Assembly: GCA_965226375.1 (NCBI GenBank)
Contig: CBDDCX010000004.1
Coordinates: forward strand, 47,062-111,061
Length of the DNA: 64,000 bases
Origin: Longimicrobiales bacterium
Lineage (GTDB): Bacteria > Gemmatimonadota > Gemmatimonadetes > Longimicrobiales > Gaopeijiaceae
Reading direction: 5' to 3'
Shown piece after piece: positions 1-10,491 of the stretch. The number at the start of each line of letters is the position of its first letter. The first letter of the stretch is position 1. Made by a program: the position numbers and the translations under genes. Under the pieces are notes generated by a model. The model was given only the letters and a program-made list of their open reading frames with translations, was not told the origin of the DNA and ran no database searches.

Positions 1-1147
1 GTGACGCCTCACCGGTGACCTCCTCGGCCATGGTGAGCGCCTGGCCTCGGATCGCCTGGATGTCGGCCTCACGCGCCAGGAACGTCTCCATAGCGGCAGC
101 TGCACCCGCTTCGTCACCGGCGTTGGCCGTCGCAAGCGCCGCGTCCTCCCGCAATGCGAACGTCGACTCGTACTCCCGTTGTAGCGCGGCGTATGCGTCA
201 CCGCGCTCGGCAACCACCGCCGACTCGTGGGTGGGGTTGAACAGCAACGGAGCGGGAGTGAACTGGTAGTAGACGAACACGAGCACGCCGACGAGCAGCA
301 CGAGTCCCTGCAGCGGGATCTTCCAGTAAGCACTCATGAGCAGCGAGGAGCGCGCCGCATCGACCGACTCGGCCGCGAGGTAGCGCTGCACCTGGCTCTG
401 GTCGGTCCCGAAATACGACAGCATCAGGAACGTGCCTCCGATGACTCCGGACCAGAACGTATAAGTCTCGGTCAGGTCGAAGCTGAAGTCGAACGCCTTG
501 AGCCGGCCCGTCGCGCCCGCGATACGTAGCGCATCATCGGGACTCACCGGCATCTGCACCAGCAATACGACCATGATCGCCAGCAGCGCCACGATGATCA
601 GCACCATCTGCTTCACGTCGGCCCAGGCGACGGCCTGAACGCCGCCGACCATCGTGTAGAGGATCGTGGGAACACCGATCAGCGCCACACTCCAAACGAG
701 CGGAGTGCCGAAGACCGCACTGAGCACCACGCCCGGTGCCGCCATGATCGCACCGACCGACATGCCCCGGGACAACAGAAAGAGGAACGCCGTCAACGAC
801 CGCGTCCTCGCGTCGAAGCGGCGCTCCAGATATTCGTACGCGGTAAACACTCCGGAGCCGTGCAGGAACGGCACCAGCGTCACACCGAGGATCACCATCG
901 CGAGCGGCAGCCCGAAGTACATCTGCACGAAACGAATTCCGTCCGTTGCGCCCTGGCCCGGCGTACCGATCATGGTGACCGCGGACAGCTGTGTCGCCAT
1001 CACGGAGAGTCCGACGACCCACCACGGCAGGCTCTTGCTCGCCAAAAAGTAGCCGTCGATCGTGTCGGTATCCTTGGACCTCCGGATCCCGTCGATGATC
1101 ACGTACGCCAGGTAGACCACGACGATCAGCCAGTTGATCCAATGCAT
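1..1147 (-). CDS. Sodium:solute symporter (SSS family), 3' end outside window
   Basis: Manual translation from ATG at 1147: MHWINWLIVVVYLAY...GYFLASKSLPWWVVGLSVMATQLSAVTMIGTPG...TAYEYLERRFD...GTDQSQVQRYLAA; typical SSS motifs; absent from the ORF track because it runs off the edge. Confidence 0.9.
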   Translation of the reverse strand, partial: MHWINWLIVVVYLAYVIIDGIRRSKDTDTIDGYFLASKSLPWWVVGLSVMATQLSAVTMIGTPGQGATDGIRFVQMYFGLPLAMVILGVTLVPFLHGSGVFTAYEYLERRFDARTRSLTAFLFLLSRGMSVGAIMAAPGVVLSAVFGTPLVWSVALIGVPTILYTMVGGVQAVAWADVKQMVLIIVALLAIMVVLLVQMPVSPDDALRIAGATGRLKAFDFSFDLTETYTFWSGVIGGTFLMLSYFGTDQSQVQRYLAAESVDAARSSLLMSAYWKIPLQGLVLLVGVLVFVYYQFTPAPLLFNPTHESAVVAERGDAYAALQREYESTFALREDAALATANAGDEAGAAAAMETFLAREADIQAIRGQALTMAEEVTGEAS

Positions 1148-1159
1148 CCGATCGGCCTT

Positions 1160-1291
1160 CTAGACGGTGTAGCGGAGTTGGAGCAGGGCGAGCGCAGCGA
1201 GTGCGAGGACCTGGACGACGATCACGCGGATCAGCGTGGTCTTGAAGGTCGAGCCCGTAACTCCGGGCACGGCAGAGTCCTGATCGTTCAT
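1160..1291 (-). CDS. 43-aa single-TM small protein upstream of the SSS gene
   Basis: MNDQDSAVPGVTGSTFKTTLIRVIVVQVLALAALALLQLRYTV*, purine-rich AAGGA upstream, ends 12 nt before the SSS start. Confidence 0.6.
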   Translation of the reverse strand: MNDQDSAVPGVTGSTFKTTLIRVIVVQVLALAALALLQLRYTV

Positions 1292-1387
1292 CGCGGTCCT
1301 TCCATTGGGAGTTCGACGCGGGAAGCTTCGAGCGCGCGCGGCTGCGGCGCAAGCGACCCGCTCTACTGCTTCGACGGCCTTCCAGGG

Positions 1388-2776
1388 CTAGATCGCGTCG
1401 CTCACGCTCGCGAGGTTGAAGCCTCGGACCTTGAGAGCGGGCACCACGACGGGCGCCGAGACCGAGCTGTTCTCACCCGCCGCGACCCGTGTTGGCCGAC
1501 CCAGCATCTCCACGTTCTGTAGCAGCGACACCATGGACTGGTTGAACCGGAAGTTCGTGACCGGCCGAGTGATTCTGCCGTTCTCGATCAGGAAGGTCCC
1601 GTCGCGTGTGAGTCCCGTATAGGAGATCGTCCTCGGGTTCAGCCCCCGGATGTACCAGAATCGCGTGATCAGGACACCCCGCCGGATCGAAGCGATCATA
1701 TCCTCCATCGTGGCGTCTCCCCCCGACATGATCAGGTTCGGAGGTGGGGGCTTGGGCTCCCTGCCCTGACGATCCGCCCAGGATCGGCTGTACGACAACG
1801 CCCGTAGAACGCCTGATTCCACCCAAACCTCCGGGTGCACCGGGTAGCCGTCCACCATGAACGGACTGGTCTCGGCATCGCGCTCACCCGGATCGCTCCG
1901 GATCGTGATCTTAGGATCGAACACGCGCTCGCCCACCCTCGTACCGCCGCCCTGCTTAGAGAAGTACGACCGGCCTTCGTCCGCAGTACGTGCATTGAAC
2001 CCGTTACGCATGTTGCGCATCAGCATCCCGACCGCGGTCGGCTCCAAAACGACGTCGTACTCCCCGGGGTCGAGAGCCGTCTTGCCGCGCCAATCCAGGC
2101 ATTTCCGAACCGCATCAGTCGCGATCCGCTCCGACTCGATCTGACTCCAGTCCGCCGCTTCGTCGCCCGCCCAGCCCGATGACTGGCCGTCGGGTGTCCG
2201 CACGGTCAGCGTCGATGCGACCCCGGTGGACGCGTGGTGGGCGAATAGGCCGTTGGATGTGGCGACCGAAGTGGTCCCCGCCCTCACGTCCATGTATCCC
2301 GCCGCTATGGTGTCCGAGCCCGTGGCTTCCCTCAAGGCCACAGACATCGACCGGGCCCGGGCCTCGGGCGGCAAGTCACCGGTGCTCGCGTAGTAGCCGT
2401 TCACCGTCTCGTACTCCTGGGGGCCGAGCTCGGGAAGGTACTCGGGGTCCTCCGGGGACAAGCGCGCGAGCGCCTCCGCGTCCCTCACGGCCTGTTCCAG
2501 CCCCGCCGGGTCCAGGTTGTTGGTGGTGACCCGGGCGACCCGCTTTCCGAACACAGCAGTGATCTGGACCGTGGTGTCAGTGCTACCGCCAGCCGTGGTG
2601 ACCTTGTTCGTGGCCGTACGGGTGAAGCCTCGCCACCCCGAATGAACGTTGACTCGGGTATGGTCGGCCTGGGCGAAGCCCAGCACGAGATCGCAGAGTG
2701 CACGCGCGTCATCCGCGGAGAGCCCGCGCCGCGCCGGCGCTTGTGCGGTGTCGAATCCGTTCATGGTCATCGTCAT
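1388..2776 (-). CDS. TldD/PmbA family protein (PmbA/TldE-like subunit)
   Basis: PGEYDVVLEPTAV, GLTRDGTFLIENG, NFRFNQS motifs; coupled to upstream TldD. Confidence 0.9.
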   Translation of the reverse strand: MTMTMNGFDTAQAPARRGLSADDARALCDLVLGFAQADHTRVNVHSGWRGFTRTATNKVTTAGGSTDTTVQITAVFGKRVARVTTNNLDPAGLEQAVRDAEALARLSPEDPEYLPELGPQEYETVNGYYASTGDLPPEARARSMSVALREATGSDTIAAGYMDVRAGTTSVATSNGLFAHHASTGVASTLTVRTPDGQSSGWAGDEAADWSQIESERIATDAVRKCLDWRGKTALDPGEYDVVLEPTAVGMLMRNMRNGFNARTADEGRSYFSKQGGGTRVGERVFDPKITIRSDPGERDAETSPFMVDGYPVHPEVWVESGVLRALSYSRSWADRQGREPKPPPPNLIMSGGDATMEDMIASIRRGVLITRFWYIRGLNPRTISYTGLTRDGTFLIENGRITRPVTNFRFNQSMVSLLQNVEMLGRPTRVAAGENSSVSAPVVVPALKVRGFNLASVSDAI

Positions 2777-4458
2777 CAGGCCGTGTTGAGAATGTTGACG
2801 TCACGGAAGAGGACCGTCGGGCAGCCGTGGGACACGGCATTGACCTGCCCCGGCTGGCCTTTCGCGTCGCTGAACGTGGCGCCCAGGTAGTAGGTGCTCG
2901 GTCCGCCGATGACATCCAGGGAGTTCCAGAACTCAGGCGTGCGGCCTTGATACGCCACGTCGCGGAGCATCCGGTCCTTCTTGCCGTCGCGGATCTCCCA
3001 GAACACCTGGCCCGCGAACTGAAAGTTGTAGCGCTGCTGGTCGATGGAATACGAACCGCGCCCCTCCACCATGATGGCACGGTCGGTAGCGGCGATCACG
3101 TCGTCTTCGCTGAGGTCGTCCCCACCCGGCATGAGGCTCACGTTGGGCATACGCTGGAAGGGGATGGTCGCCCAGTTCATTCCGTACGCGCCGCCCAGAC
3201 TCTCGGTGATGCCCGTGTGCTCGGCGATCCATGCAGCCTGCTCGCGAGTGGTCTGGTAGTTGACGAAGATGCCGTCCTCGATGATGGGCCACTCCGTGGC
3301 CGCGACACCCTCGTCGTCCCAGCCGACTGTAGCGCAGCCCCCCACCTCGGTGCGGTTGCCCATGAACGTCATGAAGTCCGGACCGAGGCGCAGCTTGTTG
3401 AGCGTTTCGTCGGGCGGGAAGATGAAGGAAGTGCCAGCGTAGTTGGCCTCGAACCCCAGCGTGCGGTCCAGCTCTGTGGGGTGAGCGATGGACTCGTGGA
3501 TGGTGAGCCACAGGTTGGACGGGTGCAGAAGTAGATCCCAGGTCCCCGGGTCTACCGGTGTGGCCGTGAGCTTCATGACGGCTTCTTCAGCCCAACGGGC
3601 GGCGTTCCCGGGAAAGTCGAGTCCAACCACATATTCCCAGCCTCGGCCTGCGGGCTCGGCGACCGCTCCACGACTCTGAAAGTCCGATCGATCCGAGGAC
3701 ACCGCCGTGATGTTCATGCCGGGGTTCACCCGGATGAACGTCTGCTGGATCACCGACCCCTCACTCGTGGCGACCAGACGGCTCTCTTTGACCGAGCTGA
3801 TGTTGGACGAGACGAACTGCACGCCGTCGACCTTCATCGCCTCTTCATTCGCGCTGAACAACAGCCCCGCCTTCTCCTCGACGGAGACCGTGAACGGGTC
3901 GATCTCATGAGGCGTGACCCAACGGCCGTCCGGCACCGCGTCGACCGGAGCCAGCACCGTCTCGCTCGGGGCGATGCGGTCGTTCGCCGCCGCGATGGCA
4001 ACCGCCTCGCGGGCCGCGGCGACCACGGCATCGCGGCTCACGTCGCGTGTGGCCGAGAAGCCCCAGGATCCGCCGACCAGAGCACGGACGCCAATGCCGT
4101 AGGAGTCTCTCTTGCTGACGTTCGTGATCTGTTGCTCTCGCGTGTTGATCGACTCGTTCCAGTGCCGGGAGATGCGGACGTCGGCGTAGCTGGCGCCGGC
4201 ACCTTGGGCTTCGTCGAGTGCCAGCAAGGCCAACTCGCGTTCCGCCGGATCGGGGGCTGGGCCATTTCCGCTGATGGGTGCAGCACCCGGTTGGCACGCG
4301 AAGCTGCCTGCGCCAACCGCGAGTACGGCCCCGGTGGCGCCGGCGATCTTGACGAACTCCCTGCGACCGATCGATCCGAGGCCGGGCGGAAGCGGGTGGT
4401 TTACGGGGTAGAGAATTCCCCGTTTCCGAATCAGCTCGCGAGACGCTTCTTGGCTCAT
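2776..4458 (-). CDS. tldD: TldD family metalloprotease with Tat-like/lipoprotein leader
   Basis: HESIAHPTELDR zinc motif, C-terminal KGQPGQVNAVSHGCP; leader GRREFVK...SFAC; start chosen from the GGAG RBS. Confidence 0.9.
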   Translation of the reverse strand: MSQEASRELIRKRGILYPVNHPLPPGLGSIGRREFVKIAGATGAVLAVGAGSFACQPGAAPISGNGPAPDPAERELALLALDEAQGAGASYADVRISRHWNESINTREQQITNVSKRDSYGIGVRALVGGSWGFSATRDVSRDAVVAAAREAVAIAAANDRIAPSETVLAPVDAVPDGRWVTPHEIDPFTVSVEEKAGLLFSANEEAMKVDGVQFVSSNISSVKESRLVATSEGSVIQQTFIRVNPGMNITAVSSDRSDFQSRGAVAEPAGRGWEYVVGLDFPGNAARWAEEAVMKLTATPVDPGTWDLLLHPSNLWLTIHESIAHPTELDRTLGFEANYAGTSFIFPPDETLNKLRLGPDFMTFMGNRTEVGGCATVGWDDEGVAATEWPIIEDGIFVNYQTTREQAAWIAEHTGITESLGGAYGMNWATIPFQRMPNVSLMPGGDDLSEDDVIAATDRAIMVEGRGSYSIDQQRYNFQFAGQVFWEIRDGKKDRMLRDVAYQGRTPEFWNSLDVIGGPSTYYLGATFSDAKGQPGQVNAVSHGCPTVLFRDVNILNTA

Positions 4459-4623
4459 CATGACTCCAGGTGGATTCGGGCCGCTCCACGAGGCCCGGTC
4501 GGACTGATCCTGACCCTCGCCCTCCGGCCTGGCAAGTGTCCGAGGGAGAGGCCCAAGCCCCATGGGGCGGGAGGGTCGACCTATCTGTCGGAGTCCCTCT
4601 AGGGCTCCCACAAAACCGGCTGA

Positions 4624-4645
4624 CGTTATATCATTTGATATAACG
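4624..4645. promoter_or_regulatory. Perfect 10-bp AT-rich inverted repeat, candidate operator
   Basis: CGTTATATCA-TT-TGATATAACG in the divergent intergenic region. Confidence 0.6.
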
Positions 4646-4724
4646 CTAGGCCATGTTGAGTCGTCCAGAAAGGGCACGACGTGGCTGACAAGGCACTGAC
4701 CCACGACAATCGAGGACGGGACTG

Positions 4725-5198
4725 ATGACGATGCGGACGCGAAATCACGTACTCAGGACACTGCCAGTGATCCTGGCCGTATTGGCGAGCTCGAGCACGT
4801 TGCAGGGCCAGATGGCCGACACCGCGGACGACGAGCACGAGATCCGACGCGTGGTGATGGAGGGGTACGTAGTGGGCATTCACGGCAACGGTGATCGTGA
4901 GGCCGTGCGAACCGGCTTCCATCCCGAGTTCGTGATGAAGGTCCTCGGCCGAGACGGCGCGGTCGCCAACGTCACCATCCAGGACTGGATGGCACGCCTA
5001 CCCGCAGAGGGCACTCCGCCTGCACAGCCGGTGACCGCCGAGATTCCACGCGTGCTCCTTTCCGGAAACGCAGCGGTGGCGGAGATCCACATCGCGAGAG
5101 AGGGCGAGCAGATCTACACGGACTTCATCAGCCTGTACCGCTTCCCCGAAGGGTGGCGCATGGTGGCAAAGGTGTATTACAGCCATCCGACGTCGTAG
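4725..5198 (+). CDS. Secreted NTF2-like (lumazine-binding-like) protein
   Basis: Signal peptide; FHPEF...YTDFISLYRFPEGWRMVAKVY pattern. Confidence 0.75.
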   Translation: MTMRTRNHVLRTLPVILAVLASSSTLQGQMADTADDEHEIRRVVMEGYVVGIHGNGDREAVRTGFHPEFVMKVLGRDGAVANVTIQDWMARLPAEGTPPAQPVTAEIPRVLLSGNAAVAEIHIAREGEQIYTDFISLYRFPEGWRMVAKVYYSHPTS

Positions 5199-5231
5199 CC
5201 GGGTCCGACTCTCCGTACCTCCGGGGTCGCC

Positions 5232-6155
5232 TCAGGCTGTGGCTACTTCAACCGACTGCGGCCCTCTGATATCGAGATTGAAGCCGACTCTTTCGATGAC
5301 GGCCGTGAGTTCGGCGCGCGTGTAGTCGTCGATCTGCATGCCCGGCGGGCGGATGAAGGTCGAGTCGATGATGCCGCGCTTCTGATAGGTGAACTTCCGG
5401 TAGGCCAGGCCGATCTTCGGCTGAAACTCGTACCGGATCAGGGGCACGTATCGGTCGAAGATGGCCGCAGCTAGTTCAGAGTCACCCGCCCTGAAGGCCT
5501 CGTAGACGGCGACCAGCACCTCAGGGAAGGCGAATCCGGTCATGATCCCTCTGGAGCCGCGTTGGAGTTCTTCCAGGAAATAGACGCCGCCGAGACCTCC
5601 GAATATCCCGATCGAGTCGGGCGCCAGCTTCTGGACGCGGGTCATCTTAGCCAGAGGAGGATAGTCCTCGAGCTTGATGTAGCTCACCCCGTCGATCTCG
5701 CTGGCCATCCGCGCGATGAGTTCGGGCGACAGGATGGTCCGGAAGGACTCCGGGAAGTCGTGGATGGCCACCGGGATGTCGAGTGCATCGGCCACGGAAG
5801 CGTAATAATCGAAGATCACCTGGTCGTTCTGAACGCCGATGGGGGCGACGAACACACCTCCAGCGCCGAGATCCTGCGCCTCGAGGCCCTGCTCGACGGC
5901 ACCCGCCGCTCCAAAGGCCAGGACACCCACCCAGACGGGGAACGAGCCGCCGGCCTGGTCCACAGCGGTCGCCACGACCTGCTTCCGCTCCGAGTTCGAC
6001 AGCCGGTGCGCCTCGCCCATGAAGCCGAGGACGCTGACGCCGTGGACGCCGACCTCGATCTCGAAGTCGATGACACGCCGGAGACTGCCCTCGTCGACCT
6101 CGCCCTGGTCCGTGAACGGGGTGGGGAGGATGGGAAGAACGCCTTGAAGCTGCAT
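5232..6155 (-). CDS. Dihydrodipicolinate synthase family aldolase/lyase
   Basis: GVLPILPTPF, LGFMGEA, YIKLED Schiff-base Lys; start at MQLQG. Confidence 0.85.
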   Translation of the reverse strand: MQLQGVLPILPTPFTDQGEVDEGSLRRVIDFEIEVGVHGVSVLGFMGEAHRLSNSERKQVVATAVDQAGGSFPVWVGVLAFGAAGAVEQGLEAQDLGAGGVFVAPIGVQNDQVIFDYYASVADALDIPVAIHDFPESFRTILSPELIARMASEIDGVSYIKLEDYPPLAKMTRVQKLAPDSIGIFGGLGGVYFLEELQRGSRGIMTGFAFPEVLVAVYEAFRAGDSELAAAIFDRYVPLIRYEFQPKIGLAYRKFTYQKRGIIDSTFIRPPGMQIDDYTRAELTAVIERVGFNLDIRGPQSVEVATA

Positions 6156-6181
6156 GAGGTTCGTCGTGTGGAAGTGACTGC

Positions 6182-7588
6182 CTACGGTCGTCTCGTGAGA
6201 CCGGGTACGAACTGGCCGACGCCCGGCTCCACCGTGATCTGTCCGTCCTCGTAGATGCACCGGCCCCGAAGCCACGTGGAAATCACCCGCCCACGCACCC
6301 GACGCCCATGGTAGGGACTCCACCCCACCGCGTAGTGCATCGCGCCCTCGTCCAGCGTCCACTCGGCATTGGCATCGAAGACGACGAAGTCTGCATCGGC
6401 TCCTAGCTCGAGTCGCCCCTTCCGCTCAAAGCCGAACACCGACGCAGGCCCCGAACAGACGAGCTTGATGAATCGTTCGAGGTCGATGCGACCCGAGGCC
6501 ACACCCTCACTGTAGAGGAGTGTCCCGAGTGTCTCGGCCCCGGGCATTCCCGCGTACGCCTCGAAGATATCTTCGGTCTCCTTCCGATAAAGCGGATAGG
6601 GGGAGTGGTCCGACGTGACGATATCGACTGTTCCTTCCTGCACCTGCTTCCAAAGGCCGTCCACGTCCCTCTGCGACCGAAGCGGCGGGTTGCACTTGGC
6701 CCGGCCTCCCTGCTCCCGAAGTGCGTCCATGGTGAGGAGCAAATACTGGAGGCACGTCTCTCCCGTCACCGAAACACCTTGTCCACGATTCCACTCTATG
6801 AGGTCGAACGTGCGAGGTAGCGTGCCATGCACCATGTGCAGATGAGCGCCCGTCCAATACGCCAACTCGAGCAAGCGGCCCGCTGCCTCGGCCTCGGCCA
6901 CAGGCGGACGGCTCAAGGCGTGGTCGATGGGCGTCGTGTCACCGCGGGATTGAAACGCCTCCGCCTGGGCCAAGACGATCTCCTGATTCTCCTGGTGGGC
7001 CGCGACGGGGCGACCCGTGAGCGCGATCTCCTGAAAGGCCTCGTACAGACGCCCGTCGGGGATACGCGGAAAGCGCAGCGGATCGACTTCGATGGTCGAC
7101 ACCTTGAAGCCCGCAGCCCCAGCCTCGGCCATGTCGGCGATGATGCCCAAGTCGCCTTCCGGAGGGAACGTGGCGTATAGACCGACATCGATGACGGCCT
7201 CGTGGCCGATGTCCACCACCTTGGCATCGAACCGCTCCCGGGAATTGACCGGGCGGGCGGGTTTGTCGAACGGCATGTCGACGATAGTCGTCGTCCCCCC
7301 AGCCGCCGCCGACCGGGTCGTGGCGGTGATGCCCTCGTCCACGCAGGACCGCGTGTGGACGTGCGCGTCCACAAATCCCGGGAGCACCAGGTACCCGGAA
7401 GCGTCGACAAGCTCGGTGCCGGCAAGCGGCGTGTTGGCAACAGCCGTGATCTGCCCGTCGGCGATCCCGAGCCACCCAGCCGTCAGAACCGTTCCGTCTG
7501 GAAGGGCGACGTCACCTTGTACGACAAGATCGTGGATCTCCGGGCGGGTCTCGGCCCCTCTCTCCGCTTGGGTCTCCCGATCGGTCAC
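6182..7588 (-). CDS. Allantoinase/dihydroorotase family cyclic amidohydrolase
   Basis: LPGFVDAHVH, AAAGGTTTIVDMP, KCNPPLR, SDHSP. Confidence 0.88.
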   Translation of the reverse strand: MTDRETQAERGAETRPEIHDLVVQGDVALPDGTVLTAGWLGIADGQITAVANTPLAGTELVDASGYLVLPGFVDAHVHTRSCVDEGITATTRSAAAGGTTTIVDMPFDKPARPVNSRERFDAKVVDIGHEAVIDVGLYATFPPEGDLGIIADMAEAGAAGFKVSTIEVDPLRFPRIPDGRLYEAFQEIALTGRPVAAHQENQEIVLAQAEAFQSRGDTTPIDHALSRPPVAEAEAAGRLLELAYWTGAHLHMVHGTLPRTFDLIEWNRGQGVSVTGETCLQYLLLTMDALREQGGRAKCNPPLRSQRDVDGLWKQVQEGTVDIVTSDHSPYPLYRKETEDIFEAYAGMPGAETLGTLLYSEGVASGRIDLERFIKLVCSGPASVFGFERKGRLELGADADFVVFDANAEWTLDEGAMHYAVGWSPYHGRRVRGRVISTWLRGRCIYEDGQITVEPGVGQFVPGLTRRP

Positions 7589-7800
7589 CGATTGGGCCTC
7601 ATAACGTCTGCAGCTTCCTTTCGAGGACATCCATGACAATGACGAATGCTCGGCTGAGCCACTTCCAGGGACAAGGCCCGGAACACAGGTGCCCTTCCAC
7701 CTCCACCTTTCATCATCGGCATGGGCACCCGTAGGATGGGGTCGGCCGTGGCATCTGTCCGCGGCCCGCCCGGTGTGCCGGATCACCTCAGCGAGGTCGT

Positions 7801-9209
7801 ATGCTCGGATCTTTCCTCGACAGCCTGGCCGTTATCGACACGTTCCTGTGGGGGCCGTGGACCATGGCCTTCTTCGCGGGAGTTGCGGTCTACTTCACCG
7901 TCCGCTCGGGCTTCTTCCCGATCTCGGGGCTCGGGTACATCCTCCGGAACACCGTCGGAAGACTCGGCCTCGGCTCCGCCACCATCTAAGAAGGCCAGAC
8001 CCTGACTCCGGTGCAGGCCGCCGCGACATCACTGGCCGGCACGGTGGGGATGGGCAACATGGCGGGCGTGGCGACGGCGCTATCGGTCGGCGGCGCCGGA
8101 GCCATCTTCTGGATGTGGCTTCTGGCCTTCTTCATGATGATGTCGAAGACGGTCGAGATCACCCTGGGGATCTACTACCGGGAGCGAAGCCCCGATGGCC
8201 GGTTGCGGGGTGGGCCGCAGTACTACATCCGCCGTGGCCTCGGCTGGCACCCTCTCGCCCTCCTGTTCAGTGCCGGCATGCTCATCAACGCCGTGTTCGC
8301 GGCCTCGATGCTGCAGTCTCATACGGTGGGCCGTGCGCTGCTGGCGAGTTACAGCCTGAATCCCTACGTCGTAGCGGTCTCGGTGGCGGCCATCACAGCA
8401 CTGGTCGTCCTGGGTGGTCTCCGGCGGATCGGCCGCTTCTCGGAGCGGCTGGTCCCGATCATGACCTTGGCCTATCTGGCCGGCGGGATCGTTGTGATCG
8501 TAGCAAACATGGAAGCTCTCCCAGCGGTTTTTAGCTCGATCTTTACGCACGCGTTCTCCGCCACGGCCGGAGCCGGGGGCGCGGCTGGAATTGCCGTGAG
8601 TACCGCGATCAAGCAGGGGATGGCTCGGGGTATGCTCTCCAACGGGCGGGCATGGGCAGCGCCCCGATGGTGCACGCCACCGCACAGACGGAGCACCCAT
8701 TCCAACAGGGTGTGTGGGGCGCCTTCGAGGTGTTCTTCGACACGATCGTGATCTGCTCCATCACGGCGCTGGCGATCCTCTCGACCGGCGCGATGGCTGA
8801 TGGTGAGTCGGGGATCGAGCTGCTGCTGACGGCGTTCGCGAGGGTGTTCCCGCTGTCGGTGGCGTCGATCATCGTGTCGGGGTCCATCGCGACGTTCTGC
8901 TTGTCCACACAGATCAGCTTCTACGTCTATTTCGAGACCTGCCTGGTGAGCCTGGTGGGGCTGCGCCCGGTCCGGGTGCTGCGCTGGCTTTACTTCTTGC
9001 CCGGAATCGTCGTTGCGGGAGTTGCCGATGTGGATCGCCTGTGGGTGGTCGCCAACATTGCGGTCGCCGTGGTAGCGATTCCGAACCTGGTAGCGATGCT
9101 GAGCCTCTCGGGGGTGTTCACGACGCTCATGAAGGACGAGCTTTCGGGGGAAAGGGCCTACGCGACGGCTGATGTGGATGACTCCGAGCCGGTGCTGAAA
9201 CGGAGCTAG
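7801..9209 (+). pseudogene. Alanine/glycine:cation symporter (AlsT family), disrupted
   Basis: LAGTVGMGNMAGVA, GAIFWMW and DTIVICSITAL motifs; in-frame TAA at 7987-7989 and a 1-nt deletion at ~8645 in the conserved SNEAGMGSAP motif. Confidence 0.85.
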
Positions 9210-9237
9210 GCGACGGGGCCCGCGCACTCCAAACTGA

Positions 9238-10491
9238 TTAGGCCCCCCGCTCGTCCAAGACGCTACCGCCGTTCTTTTCGACGGTGCCAGGCTTCACGAC
9301 TTCGATGTCGAGCCTGAGCTTCACCGCCTGCTCGAGCGAGCGCTGCACCGCAGCCGTGTCGAGAGCGACAAGGTCGTCCGCCTCGATGCGCACCGTCAAC
9401 CGGTCCACATGCCCCTCGGCCGTGACTACCCCCTGCCACCCCACCACCTCCGGATAGGACCCCAGCGCGCCGGCGATCTGCCTGGGATGCACGAACATCC
9501 CCTTCACCTTCACACCCTCCCCCACCCTACCCAGAAAGCCCTTCAACCGACCGCTGGTGCGACCGCACGGACACGCACCCTCGACGAATGCGGACAGGTC
9601 ACCCGTACCGAACCGGACAAGGGGATACGTCTCGTTGGGGCTCGTGACAACGACCTCGCCCGTCTCACCCGCGGGAAGGGGGGCACCCGTAGCCGGGTCG
9701 GTGATCTCGATCGCCACCCCGGGCGCTATGTGCCACCCCATCCTCTCCGCACACTCGAAGCCGAGGGTGCCCGCATCCGCTGTTCCGTACGACTCGTAGG
9801 CATCGACACCGTGCTCGGTCCGGACTGCCTCCCGCATGGCCGGAAAGAACGGCCCCCCGGTCACGAGCGCTCGCTCCAGCCCCAAGGTGGCGCCCATCTC
9901 CACTGCCTTCTCCAGGAGTACGAGCAGGAACTGGGGCGTACCCACGTAGCCGGTCACCCCTGCCACACGGGCCAGCTCGACCTGCGCGGCCGAGTTACCA
10001 ACCCCGCCAGGGATGACCACACACCCCACCTCCCGGAGGCCGGCGTCCAGCATCAGACCACCGGGCGTCAGGTGGTACGAGAACGTGTTGAGCACCACCT
10101 GGCCGGCCTCGAAGCCGGCGGCGTGGAGCGCGGGGGCCACACGCCAGAAGTCCGGACCCTGACCCTGCGGATCGAGGATGGGACCGGGCGACGTGAAGAT
10201 CCGTTTCAGATCTCTGACGGGGACGGCCAGCATACCTCCGAAAGGAGGTGACGCGGCCTGAAGATCCGGAAGGCTGTCTTTGGAGAGGACCGGTATCGAC
10301 GCCAAGTCCGACAGGCCCCGAATGCTGTCAGCCTCCACGCCTGCCGCGGCCAGACGGGCGGCGACCTCGGCTGACTGCTCGGAGGCGTAAGTAACAGCCC
10401 GCCTGACCAGTTCATCCCGATGTTCCTGCCAATTTGGCAGATATTCTGGCCCTGCAATGCCGTGAGGGGCTCGTTCGCTCACGAGAGCCAT
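9238..10491 (-). CDS. Phenylacetate-CoA ligase family protein
   Basis: FSYHLTPGG, ESYGTADAG, RFGTGDL, KVKGMFVHP. Confidence 0.85.
   Translation of the reverse strand: MALVSERAPHGIAGPEYLPNWQEHRDELVRRAVTYASEQSAEVAARLAAAGVEADSIRGLSDLASIPVLSKDSLPDLQAASPPFGGMLAVPVRDLKRIFTSPGPILDPQGQGPDFWRVAPALHAAGFEAGQVVLNTFSYHLTPGGLMLDAGLREVGCVVIPGGVGNSAAQVELARVAGVTGYVGTPQFLLVLLEKAVEMGATLGLERALVTGGPFFPAMREAVRTEHGVDAYESYGTADAGTLGFECAERMGWHIAPGVAIEITDPATGAPLPAGETGEVVVTSPNETYPLVRFGTGDLSAFVEGACPCGRTSGRLKGFLGRVGEGVKVKGMFVHPRQIAGALGSYPEVVGWQGVVTAEGHVDRLTVRIEADDLVALDTAAVQRSLEQAVKLRLDIEVVKPGTVEKNGGSVLDERGA

Noticed and set aside
7590..7800. Glycine riboswitch upstream of the AlsT-like gene
   Set aside because: The GGAGA/CCGAAG/CTCAGG aptamer elements were not found
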